Positions 26,119 through 38,435 of a stretch of DNA of 64,000 nt are shown here, in pieces. A program made the position numbers and the translations under genes. The stretch is from positions 1 to 64,000 of the forward strand of contig JBHGNT010000077.1 in NCBI GenBank assembly GCA_043228905.1. The letters are read 5' to 3'. Numbering within the stretch: the first letter of the stretch is position 1; every line of letters begins with the position of its first letter. The stretch comes from Azolla caroliniana (taxonomy: Eukaryota; Plantae; Polypodiophyta). The notes below the pieces were generated by a model, which made no database searches, was not told the origin of the DNA, and saw only the letters and a list, made by a program, of their open reading frames with translations.

Positions 26119-28957
26119 ATGGCGGAACTTCTGCGCAAACACAGAGTCTATGCACACCCTAACCCTAACCCTAACCCTGATCCCAGAGCTAACTCTAGCT
26201 TTGAACCTGATCCATCGCCACAATATTATCGAAACCGTTCCAAAGGTCGTCCGTGGAAACAGAAGGAGGGCCCCCATGTCGCTGGCCTCAAGAAGGAAGA
26301 AGAAAAAGAAAACGAGGAAGAAATGATCAGAAAAGCTGCGGCGATTCTTCTGTCGAGAGCTTGGTCATCACTTTCTCGAGACCTCTGTGAATGTTGCTCT
26401 GCATCTCTCAATTCCCGTCTTATCACTATGGCCTCTTCCAATGGTAAGTGCTTTGGATTTGTCAGAGGAAATGACTGTGGTTTGGATTTTTTTGAAATGA
26501 CTATTGGAAATGTACACTGGTCAATCTTTTTTTGGAATTGTCAGAGAGGGAAAGAAAATTCTGTTACATACGGGAAAAGGTTTTTTGCCTGATATTTTTG
26601 AAGAATTTGGTTGGAATGTGGTCGGATTTACTGAATATTTAGGTTGTTGTAACAGATGGTTTAATTGTTTCAACGAATAGTCAAGATTTAGGGATCTTTT
26701 CTTTGTTCTTAAAATTTTGGTTGGATTATTGCCATAATAATTTCTGGCGCTGCTCAAAGTGACTGGTTGAATCATTGCCAAAATTACCTGAGATTTAGGG
26801 CTATTATATTGATTGTTTTGTTTGACGAGCTTGGTTGAGTTTTTGTTTGATGGAGCTATTATTCAAACAATCTCAATTTAATTTGAGGCGAAAGTTCAAA
26901 CAGCTTCTTCTTCTAAATATGTGAGCGTTCTTGTTTCATTGCTATTTAGGTTCTGTCAAATATGACTTGAGGATGTTAGAAGCAAATTCTTTCATCGGCA
27001 TATTTTGAAATTGAGATTACTTTGTTAGCGTCAACATGGTTGTTTGGGTGTCTTTGAACATGTGTTCTTTTCATTGTAAGAGAGCATGAGCTTATTATTA
27101 TGTGTTATTTACAGGTAAAGTCACACTTCCGGTGGAATCCAATAGGAACCACAACACAAGCACTCCTGTGGTAGTAGAAGAAACAGAGGATAATCTTACA
27201 TCATTTGCCTCTCCTGGCACTTGTGATGATCTACAAAACACCTCTTTTCAGCTGGAGATAGGCATGAAACCTGATGTAGACTCAGAGGAACAGCAGGATA
27301 GAAAGGTAATGGTATCTCAGCACGAGGATGATGGCAAGACTGATCTCATCATAAAGATGGCCTTGAATGCCATTGGGAATAGTCCCCATCCTAGGACATG
27401 GAGCATGGCTAAAAATTCCAAAATTATTGAAAAGCCTGAAGTTGTAACAGCTAGATCACTTGACAGTGCGGATATTGCTCGGATGCAGAAAGTCGCACGC
27501 AAGAAAGATTACTGTGTCATGGAAAGAATTCATGGAAGAAACATCAATATTTTGGAGGGTCTCGAACTACATAGGGGCGTATTGGATGAACTAGAGCAAC
27601 GGGAATTGGTCAAGTTTATCTATCGACTCCAAGAACTGGGAAGGAACGAGAAACTTCGTCGTAAGTTCTTATTAATTTTGCCATTTTTTGTATCATTGAA
27701 CCCAATTGGATCCTACTAAGAAGAGTTGAACATTCTGGACTGGTTATTGGGAGTTCTCATTGGACACCTCCAATACCATTATGTAATCTGACCCATATAT
27801 TTCTTCCTTTTGATATAGGACGCACATATTCAGAGCCGAGAAAGTGGATGCGTGGAAAGGGTCGGGTAACCATTCAGTTTGGATGCTGCTACAACTATGC
27901 AGTGGTGTGTATGACATTATATGAAATCATTCATTTTGACTTGGAGGAAGTATATTTTGGAACCCCTATTTTATTAATTTGTGAACAAACCACATTTTTG
28001 ATGATATGCAATTGTTTACTTCAACTTGGACAAAGCATCTCGTACAATACTCTACTAGTCTTTGGGTCAAACCACTCTTTGAAGTCATCTTATTTGCAGG
28101 ATAAAGATGGTAATCCACCAGGCATCATCAGAGACGAGGAAGTGGATGAGATACCAGAACAGTTACGGATGGTAATAAAGCGGTTAGTGAGGTGGCATGT
28201 TCTTCCCTCCAGCTGTATACCTGACAGTTGCATCGTAAACATCTATGACGAGGGTGATTGCATACCACCGCATATCGACCACCATGATTTTCTTCGTCCT
28301 TTCTGCACGCTTTCACTAGTAAGCGAGTGTAATATTGTTTTCGGAAGCAATCTAAAAATTGTTGGTCCTGGTGACTTCCAAGGATCAATCTCTATTCCGT
28401 TACCTACTGGGTAAGGACATTGAGCTCGTTTGTTGTTAGGTTTGATTGGCACCTTATATTTTGGTGATTATATCTCATGCAACCATCCTCTCAATTATTT
28501 TTTATTGCAGATCTGTCTTTATACTAAATGGAAATGGAGCTGATGTAGCTAAGCACGCAATTCCAGCTGTTCCTACAAAGAGGTAATTATTTTTTCACAC
28601 ATTTTCACTTGTTTTTCCCTGCTCTAACTGTGCTATGTATGTGAAAGAATGTTGTGTTTGATCTACTATGATGATGATGTCAAGATATTATCCTTGCAAA
28701 GCAGGATTTCGATCACATTCAGAAAGATGGATCCGGCTAAAGTACCCCACAGTTTCAGGCCTGATCCAGAATTACTTTCAGTAATAGAGCCGAAAATGGA
28801 TAAAAGAAGCCCCCATAATTATTCGGCTCCATATATTGAGAATGAATCAGAGAGAACGACCCGGATTTCCAATGTAGCTGGTTTTTCATCGGATGCTGAT
28901 TTTCCTGCTCTGGGAACTGCTCTACGTGGTGGGCGGTCTCATTACTCAAGGTCATAA
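26119..28957 (+). CDS. ALKBH9: ALKBH9-like 2OG-Fe(II) dioxygenase (m6A RNA demethylase, ALKBH5-related). Exons 26119-26443, 27115-27660, 27819-27904, 28100-28410, 28511-28582, 28705-28957
   Basis: Motifs NILEGLELH, RTYSEPRKWMRGKGRVTIQFGCCYNYA, PDSCIVNIYDEGDCIPPHIDHHDF (HxD), ADVAKHA (distal His) and RISITFRK. Splice phases are consistent. Confidence 0.93.
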
Positions 28958-30564
28958 ATGCATATATCTGCCCAAACCCTAATCTTACTTAATTCTCAAA
29001 ACCACAGTTCAAATGCTGTTGTTTAGGGTTCCCAAAGCTATCGTTTGACCTTAGTTTCGGTTTTCATCAATAAGCCTCACATTAGATTTCGGTCAGTATA
29101 TGCAAAAAATGCCTTGGGAAAAACAGGAAATGAAAGTGTGTAAAATGAATCTGAGTTGGAGTAAGGAGATAATGATAGCTTTTCTCAGTAGTGGATTGAG
29201 ATACTTGGATGTTAATACGCAGCTATTTGAAACAGCAAGGAGGTTGAGTTTACTAATACTTGGACATATTCTTTAAGTCTAACCAAACAATCATATAAAA
29301 GTAAAATGCATACAATGGTGAAAAGCATAAAAAACCTCAGTGATGTGAATGAAGAAAGAATTGGCTGCTGTTCTTTTTGTTGAAGAACCCCTGTATTGCT
29401 TGCCTTATGAATTGGGGGTGCACAAAAAATTTGGAGGCATTGGTTTTCCATTTGTGTTAAGTATAGTATAGGGGAAATACTGTGGGCTTATGTATAATGC
29501 TTTTTTGGGTGAATAGAAAACCTGTTATGCTTAAGTGATGTGGCCTGCTTATAAGATATGATTTGTTATTTAAGTCTGGCCTATCGAGAGTCAATATCGG
29601 TGGGTTGAATAAGTTGGCCTTAAGGCATTGGTGGACATCCATTTATTTGATCGGGACTATCTACTGAACTTTGAAATCTTTTATGGATGATGGGCTACTT
29701 GTTCATTGGGTGAATAGCTCTTTTATGTGGGAATTGGAAATAAGGGTTTTTTATTTTGTATACATTCAATGCCATAATCCATGTGTTTTTTTAAGGGAGA
29801 AAATAATTTTCTCTTTGGTTTTTTTTCATTGACATGACGCATATGCTATGCTATCAAGACAGACGAGGACTTCTTTTCAAACCACTCTTTGCACAACAAT
29901 CAAACTAGGAAGGCTGAAGGCTAACAAGTGAAATGTCATATAAAATTCTAGGAGGAAAAAGTATGACCATGTCAAAGTCAAGATATGAATGTTTTCTGTA
30001 CATGGTTGGAAATTATACAACTGGATGATTGTGTTTTGAGCAGTCCACATCGTTTATATTTTCTTGTGGCTAATATATGAGTGGATCTCTGTGTTTCTGA
30101 ATAGATGGAATACCACCCTAATGTGAAGCCATCCTTTTGCTTATCAGCCCGCCAATTCATCCTCAAATCTCACTACCTTCGTTGCAAAATAGATGCCCCT
30201 ACGAGCTTGAATGGACCTTGTTGTCTGGTGTTTTTTTTGCACATAATGAAAGAGCACAGAAGAAGCTTATGGTTCTAAACGAACTTGTGATTCTTATTCA
30301 AAATTTGCAGCATTTGAGCAAATAAATGAAATAGTGTTAGGCAAGAGTAGGAACAACAAATCTATCTATCAAAAACATCATACTTTTTGTGCAAAAGAAG
30401 CTATGCTTTATGGTTTTGGTCATTCATTATTCAGAATTTACAGGATTAGAACGAATAAATGAAATAATGTTAGGCAAGACTAGGAACAACAAATCAGTCA
30501 AAGCCTCATCATACTTTCGTGCTGGCTTGAACTGAACAGAGGGATGTTTTTGGGGTTTTTTTTT

Positions 30565-31952
30565 TTACGAGACTAGAGAAAGGGAGGGAGCTTGGGCAGC
30601 TCTAGAAAGCATGCTTTCCACGCTAATTTGGAACGCGTCCCGGAGGTCTGGGGCGGTGGGGTCCGCGTAGATGATATCTGGGAGGAGGTGATGGACAATG
30701 AAGGAACGCATTTCAATGACCCGTGTCCTGGGGATGCTGGCCAAAATGTCGTGAGTCCGGCCGATGTCGTCCACCCCAATAAAGACGGAGTAAGCCTTGG
30801 GATGGACACCTTCAGGGGTGGGTTGGGGGGGTGGGGGAAGATGCCAAGTATACTGTGAGTAGGCGGAGTCGGTGTGAAAGAAAACAGGGATGCAGCCGGA
30901 CAGCATCCCGTCGAAGGTGGAACGCCGGGTGGACGTGTCGCCGGGCGGCTGGAGGCAGAAGTCCGCATGGAGCAGCTGTTCCGCGATCACTATGGGGTTG
31001 TGAGCGCACTTGATTTTGGAGCAATCGATGAGTGTGCAGGAGGAGGAGGAGGAGGAGGAGCTGCTGCTGCTGCTGCTGTTACCTGCCGCAGACAGGCACT
31101 GCTGGAGAGCCGCCTGGCGGATACTGGCGAGGTCCCCCGGCTTCGCACTGGAGCGGCGGGCACCAACAAACGCGGAGAGGAAGGTTCGGTGGGCGTCCAG
31201 GACGCGCCTTTGCCACGCCTCAAGGCTAGAAGCAGAGCGCGGATGGAAGGCCGTGGGGTAGGGGACCGCCTGTTCCGCCCATCTCCAGGGCCGCCTCTCC
31301 AAGAAGAGCGCTGTCACGTTCTCCATCTGCGGCAGGCTGGCCAGGCTGGTTCCCCACCCTCTGCCATCGCCATCTAAGGGCGCCGTGAAATCCCACGATG
31401 TCCTGCCCATCACCATGAAGTGGTCGTGGCCGCCCTTGCGCCGCCAGTAGAAATCCGGCGCCACGTCTCCCATGCGATCATGAATAGAGCTAGAGCTGGA
31501 GCTGCTGCTTTTGCTTTTGCTTTTGCTTTTGCTTTTGTGGCCATGCTGCCGGAGCCAACGCAGGAGAGAGAGGCCTTGGTCGGCGCTTTGAGAGATGTTA
31601 TTGCCGTACAGGTAGCGGAGGGCATCGAGGCCGCTGTAGTAGGGCAGGAAGAAGGCGTCGGCGGCACTAGGGTGGGCCACGAGGCACGGGTAAGCCTTCA
31701 TCTTGTGGTGGAAGATGAGTTCCAACATGTAGGGGTCGGTTTCATACCAGTCCGCCCATCCGGGGTCTGTTATCTGTTGGCCGAACCCCTGGTGCTGGGT
31801 GTGCCGGCAAAAATCCAGCCACCCAACCATTTTCCGATTGCACTCGCCAAGGATAGCCGTGTTGAACTTGGGCGGGAGGTTGTACATGAACACCCGCTTA
31901 CCATCGCAACCCCCCGGCCAAGAATCCAATGGTGCTGCCTGCACGGCCGCCG

Positions 31953-31986
<34 letters not shown>

Positions 31987-32457
31987 GTGAGCAGCAGCAG
32001 GAGGCTTCGATCGCTTCATACCAATACTCTTCTTCCGGGAAATTGTAGTCCGGGGATTCTTACTCTCTGAATATCCATCCTCACCACGAGTACTAATCTC
32101 GTGTTTGGGATGATTGATTATGCTATTGTTTTCTGCAGTAGCAGCAGCAGTGCTATGCAATCTCATTCCTCCACTGTGCAGACCATTAGTTGTGAGGAGT
32201 TCTTGATTCAGGAAGTGATTATCATTGTTTCCTTTACTCGTGGCTGAATCCTCTCGGTGATGATGATTGAAGTAGGTCGATGTGATTGTCTCGCTATGAT
32301 GAATGACGGCTGCAATTAGCGTGGTGCCGCAGAGCAGAAGAATTAACCGCCTCCAATAAGTATGTAACGGCTGAGCTCTGAACAGTAGGTTGTGATGGAT
32401 CGATTGCTTGATGTGATTAGCATTGATTAGGCTACCAGGGCGCTGCATCAGCCTCAT
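30565..32457 (-). CDS. GT47/exostosin-family glycosyltransferase of the xyloglucan galactosyltransferase clade, GT19-like; single exon, type II membrane protein
   Basis: A TM segment (RRLILLLCGTTLIAAVI), then motifs CDGKRVFMYNLPPKFN, WYETDPYMLELIFH, DALRYLYG..SAD.G, DHFMVMGRTSWDF, WGTS, EQAVPYPTAFHP, FCLQPPGDTSTRRSTFD..LSGCIPVFF and AYSQYTWHLP. First ATG at 32457. Confidence 0.92.
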
Positions 32458-32584
32458 AACGATTTGGAACCAATGAATCGATTTCCGTTGTCTGGCTTCC
32501 AAAAATTAGGCTGTGAATGTCATGAATGTAGACGTGCCTAGTAAAATGAATGCTAATCGACGACAACTGAATAAGAGATGAGCA

Positions 32585-32695
32585 GGGGAGTAATTAAAGG
32601 GAGTAATCTGTTTCAATGATGCGATTGCTTCCAGAGACAGGGGAGTAATTAGAGGGAGTAATCTGTCTCGATGATGCGATTGCTTCCAGACACAG
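32585..32695. repeat. 55-bp tandem duplication upstream of the GT47 gene
   Basis: GGGGAGTAATTA.AGGGAGTAATCTGT.TC.ATGATGCGATTGCTTCCAGA.ACAG occurs twice. Confidence 0.85.
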
Positions 32696-35600
32696 AGACA
32701 GAGAGAATGAAATGGTAGAAGCTTAACCGAAGAAAGATCAAAGCAAAAGTTGGTTATATGTGTGTGTGGGGGGGGGGGGGGATTTTTTTTCCTGTGCTGG
32801 ATGGTATTATGTATATATATATATATATATATTATTTTTGTTATGAACGATGATGATAAAGAAAGAGGCCAAGTAGGAATTGAACTATTGACCAGGCCAA
32901 CATAACATATGTAGTTACAAAAGATTTAAATTACAAATATGGCCCCCCAGGGAAGCGGCCCGATCAATGAAAACCAACCAACAAATTCAAAAAAGACTGT
33001 TTGTTTTACTTTTGGGGCGAGGGAAGGAAGGGTCCACACTCTTCTTGTGTATGTTAGTGTGACGACGATGAGAGAAGTTCAACAATCCTTCTCTCCTCCC
33101 ATGGATTTTTGTTTGGAGATCCCCCTCCAAACATAATATTGAAAACCCCCTCTCGAGCGACTTTTACAATTGTGCTCATCTCCGTATGATACAAGTCCTT
33201 GGCACTTTATGATCATTCTTCTTCTTCTTCTTCTAGTGCCCCATTGTCTTTGCTTGCTCTTCACACATGTCAATGTTTGGACCGGTCTTTACGTACACCT
33301 CCTCCTTTCCACACACTTGCACAAATTCTTTGTTTTGTTATCAACATAAGTCACCCCCTCCCCAACTCTAATGCATTACATATGCGAATAAGAAATAAAC
33401 AAAAGCGCTCTTGAAATTTTGATTCTGTGGTTTGTCCCATTATGAGATTCATCAAAATAAACGCTTAGCTAAAACATATAAGACGTTCTCCACTTTGCAC
33501 GGGGAGAAGGGCGAACCTTATATTGGTCAAACCACACATAAAAACTCATGAGAATCAAGGGTGTTGGACGTTTGCAATTCTAAATTTACTAAATAAACAC
33601 AAGCTTGTTAGGACGTCAAGAATTAAGGATTTAGTAAGACTCCACAGAGCCACATTGATAGTAGCTTTATGTCAATAATTTAACATTATTGTGTACACGT
33701 GTTCATCCCTTAATGGAAGTGGCTCACAATCGATTAAAATATTTAAAGATGACTGAGACGAAGGCTCTAGTATTTGCATAAATATCATAAAAATCCATTA
33801 ATACTTGGTGGGACATGGTTTCATGCTCAAGGTGGGACGAAGCACACTTCTTGCGAGACTTTGTGATTATAAGTACTTGTATGGAAACGACAACTTTCTA
33901 CCCATTGATGATTATACATGCAAGCAAAGTTTGATGCCTCATATGGTGCTCAATCATTTATAAAGTTGTATTTGCTTCTTCTTCTCTCAAATGCTTCATA
34001 TAGTGCACAATGATTTACAAAGTTGTATTCACATCTCCCTCTCTCAAATGTTTTATGATTTGTGCTCCATAACACAACGTGCCCATCATTGTCTATGGTG
34101 CCAAATACAAGCCCCTGGATAGTTTACCGAACTTTTTTGTGATGTATGTATTTGAGAAAACCAAGGGAGCATTGAGTAGAGGGTATTGACTTTTATGCCA
34201 CATGTGGCATGTGCAACCAAAAAATCACAAAAAGGCAAGCTTGGAAAGAGAGAATAGAATAGCTTAGCCTTGGCCATGGGGGCTTCTTTACTTTCTCTTA
34301 CTTAAACTAAGCGTCTCTCTCTCTCTCTCTCTCTCTCTCCATCCATCTAGAACAAATATAATTTTATATCTTCCTAGTAGATGCTTCCCTTATGTGGGAA
34401 GATAAATTAGGATACCTTTGTTGTCAAGCTTGCTTTATATTCACATACATTGATTGAATTTTTGGGTAACTACTTTTGAAATTGTGGCATAAGTTAGGAG
34501 TCATTCACGAATGCATAACTAGTTTTAGCCAAATGTTACTAATTGGTTCCATTCTCTTAAGTAATTACATGGATAGACTATTTGAAGCCCATTAGCAATA
34601 GGTGACGACTTGTTTAGTTTGAGTCCAGATTGAACCATGAAACCAAGGTGTAATGACATAAATGATGTTGGCTTAGTGAGGTTAATAGTTCGGTTAAAAA
34701 AAGTATTGACTTAATGGTTTATGATTATCAAGTTTGAAATCGTGGCTTAAATGGTTGATAGAGTCATTTTCCAATCATGAATTAATATATTTCCTTGATG
34801 TCGGGTATTTACTTATTTATCTTAATCCATGAATTTTGAAATTTTGCATTACAACGCTTATATAAAAAAGTTATGGTAGGAAATACATTAAACAAAATTT
34901 CCATAAATACAATTGACCCGAAATTGCCAAAATAATCGTCGTAAATTTTGGCAATAGGCGATGATTTAGTTAAACTCAAATCAATTTATCATTCATATGC
35001 TTGAGTTTTGAGGATCTTGCAAACAATTAAACTAAAATGGTGTTGACTTCAATGGGATTCAAGTTTTGGTCTAAGTTTTAATGTTTTTAGACGGTTCGGT
35101 TTGAAACTCCCAAAATAATTTAAGCCTAATTGAAGTGTTGCCTATAGTCACATATAAGACACTCTTTCCTTTTAGCCACATATAAGGCACTCTTTCCTTT
35201 TAACATTCCGCCACTTAATTAACAATATACAAAAGCTCCCAAAGCTTCATCTTCACATGTTTAAAAAGGACCCGTTGGGCCATCATGGATAAATGATTGT
35301 TCAATAGATCCTTAGATAAAAGAGGGAAATTGATTCGTTCTTGAAAATAAACAATGATTGTTCAATAGTTAATGAATGTATAAGATGGTTAGTTGTTATT
35401 TTGCGCAAAACAAAAGGTGGAAATCAAAAGTGTGTTCAAAAATATTAAAGATTGTTGTTTTAGAGGGAAAAATATAGCAATGATATGGGGGGACTTGGGG
35501 TTGGTTCTCCTTAAGAGTTATGAGGGTCATTATAACATGGGGTTGATTTTGTAAAGGTATGTTGCCCTTTCCTAAAACATGGGCTTTTGTAAAGGTATGT

Positions 35601-38278
35601 TGCTCTTTCTTGATTTATAGTGCACAATGACCCCAAAATACTATGAAAGATTACATGGATGTTGGTTTTAGTGCCCGTTAACTCAAAGTTAGTAAAATGT
35701 AAGAGAGATTTTCAAGATTAGTAAAATTAATGTGATCAAATTGTCAAACAAACTTATTTATCCAATTCATTTGGTCTTGAAAGTAAAAGATGAGGAATTT
35801 ATATGATGGTTGGTCATTATTTTTAAGAGAAATGAGGGAGGGTTTGTTGTTTTAAAAGGAAAATATAACATGATGTTAGGGTTTAGGGTCTTATTAGCAT
35901 TTGGGGTAGAAGTCTTAGGATCGTGGTAGCATGCGGTGTGAATGGGAGAGTTGTTTGGGGGTCCTTCCAAGGGCTGTAGTTAATAGGGGAAGGCTGGGCG
36001 GAACAATTAAACCCCCATGGTCATGGATTTATAGTGCAAGGTGGCAATGTGTTTCAATGTGTTGGAGTTTGACTTGGCACAAACTCTGAAGTTTTTGAGG
36101 AGATATGGATGATGGTGGCTTACTTAACGGTTTGGCATATATTGGACCAGGCATTGTAAGTTTGTTTCTCAATAGCACAAGCTCTCAAGCCGGTGAGGTG
36201 TTGTTAAACATATGGTTCAACCTGGTATCTTGACTGCGGGGACGGTACGATTCGATTTAGGGGGATTGGATGAAGCAGAAAGAGCTCGGTCAAAGTTTTT
36301 GCTGAAATGGGGCAGTTCTCCTATGGTGGTCAGATCATCATCAAGGCCTAAATGGAACTACTATGCACCAAGATGGTTGTTTCCACCAATGGCATCCATT
36401 AGTGATCAGGAGTTGTAAATATTTATAGTTGTGTAAGGTAGTTACCATGTTAAAAAAGTTGATGGGATACTTTTGTTGTAAATGATGGGGTGGGGACTAT
36501 GATCACTTTGGTGAGAAGACCAGAGTGAGTTTTGCTAAGATTTGTCGGTCTTTGATGTACTTTGTTCGCTAACTAATGCGAAGTAGTGTTTTTTTTTGGA
36601 AAAAAAAAAACATGATGTTAGGGAGCATTAGAACTATTAGGACTTCCAAAATATAAAGATAATTGTTTTTGAGGGAAAATAATAATAAAGATAATTGTTT
36701 TAGATGATGAATGTATAGGATGGTTGGTCATTATTTTCTAGAGAAACAAGAGAGGTGGAAAGAAAAAGTTAGAATGAATGTATTTTAAAATTTGTTGTTT
36801 TAGAGGGAAAATATAACATGATTTTGGGGAGCTTGAGAACTACTAAAGTCTAGGACTTGGACTTGTGCTCCTTAGTGTTGTGAGGGTCGGGGGGGGGGGG
36901 GGGGGGGGGGTTGTAAATGATTGACACTCTTCCTTGTGTTATATGGTGTCCCTATTAACGTTTAGAGTTACCTAGCAAGATGAAAGACAATGGGTTTAGT
37001 GTCCCTTACCATGAAATCAATAATGCGCAAGGAGATAATTTAGATTAGTAAAATGAATATGAGAAAATAGTCAAATTAATAATATAGCTACCCTATCATA
37101 GAGTTATGATCGTGACAATGGCTTATGTCCTCAAAATATCTGAATTTCTTCCAAAATAAGTATAACATTGTAACATATCTTTAACGTAGAGGCTTAGTGT
37201 CGCCCAATGCCTATACTGTGGCAATGAAGAGGGGATTTGTGTCAAAGTCCGATGTTCCTTCTCTTGTGGAAGTGTCCCTTTGTAACTTTTAGAGTCACTA
37301 AATTGCCTTTTAACATCAAGTTGGTAACACATGAGAGAGTGTCTAGATTAGACAAATTGTTGACAGCCCAACACAAATGACACGTGAAAAAAACACATTA
37401 GTAAAACAATATGTGTGTATCATATTAGAGGGTCACGATGATTGGATACAATGACTCTTGACCTCAAAAACAATATCGATATCTTTTGAAGTAAAATAAT
37501 AAGTAGTAATTGTAAATTTAATAATACATATATCAAAGGTCAATCAGTTAAAAAAATGCAATGTTTTTTTTGTTTTTTGTTTTTTTATAATCAACATTAA
37601 AATATCATACACTAAATATAAGTAGGGAATGCCCAAGAGACTCTACTATCAAAACTTTTGCTCATTGGATTATGATTATCTTCATTTATGGCCTCCTCAT
37701 GTCTCAAAAACTAAGCTCTAGTCTTATGAAGATATAAGGCTTTTTGCATGTTTTCTTCTCTTTACAACAATATTCATCTATGGGGACACCTTTGTTTTTT
37801 TTCGTTGATAGAATTGTATTAATTATGAAACGCGAAAAAAAACGATAAATAACACAAAGATCAACGCCCTTGGGATCTCAATCAAGATCCCTAGACTATG
37901 CGAGGCCATGTGATGAAAAGACCAATCCTAAAGATGAATATGATGCCTTACCAACTCACATATTTGGAACTCCTCAGGAGATAACACCATCGAGGTCTCT
38001 AACAACAAAAATTGCCAAAGTAACCTAAATTTCAAGTGCCTAGTGCACCTTTGCATTAAAATCATACCCCAAACACAAACGCGTATGCATAAGCCAAACA
38101 TTTCATAAGCCCCAAAACTCAAGTAGCATTTTAAAGTGCAACCTGAGTCAACCTATGGTAGACCCATTGAGACAGGGATTTTGAGCCCTAGTTATTAAAG
38201 AAGCGTACATTATAGAACTATAAGTCCAAATAGATCTTGACACCAGACAAGTGATAAAGTGATGCCCACTATAAGTGA

Positions 38279-38435
38279 CACTACGCAAAAGAAACATATA
38301 CTAGTAGCAATATTCTACTTCCGTAAAGAGACTTCTAGTGGTAGATATGCAATCATGACCCTCCAAATAAACACCTTAGCTCTAAATGAAAGACGGGAAT
38401 GCCTACCCATATTTGCTACATGTTGCCACTAAATT
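38279..38435 (+). mobile_element. Possible CACTA transposon end remnant
   Basis: CACTACGCAAAA is followed by subterminal-like motifs (TAGTAGCAA, TAGTGGTAG, TTGCCACTA). I found no matching opposite end. Confidence 0.35.

Noticed and set aside
26155-26180. (CCCTAA)n telomere-like tract
   Set aside because: Only about four units, encoding PNPNPNP in ALKBH9 exon 1. At most a telo-box-like motif, not an interstitial telomere.
30573-32070. Multiple overlapping ORFs on both strands of the GT47 gene
   Set aside because: They are a by-product of high GC content, with no independent domain signal.
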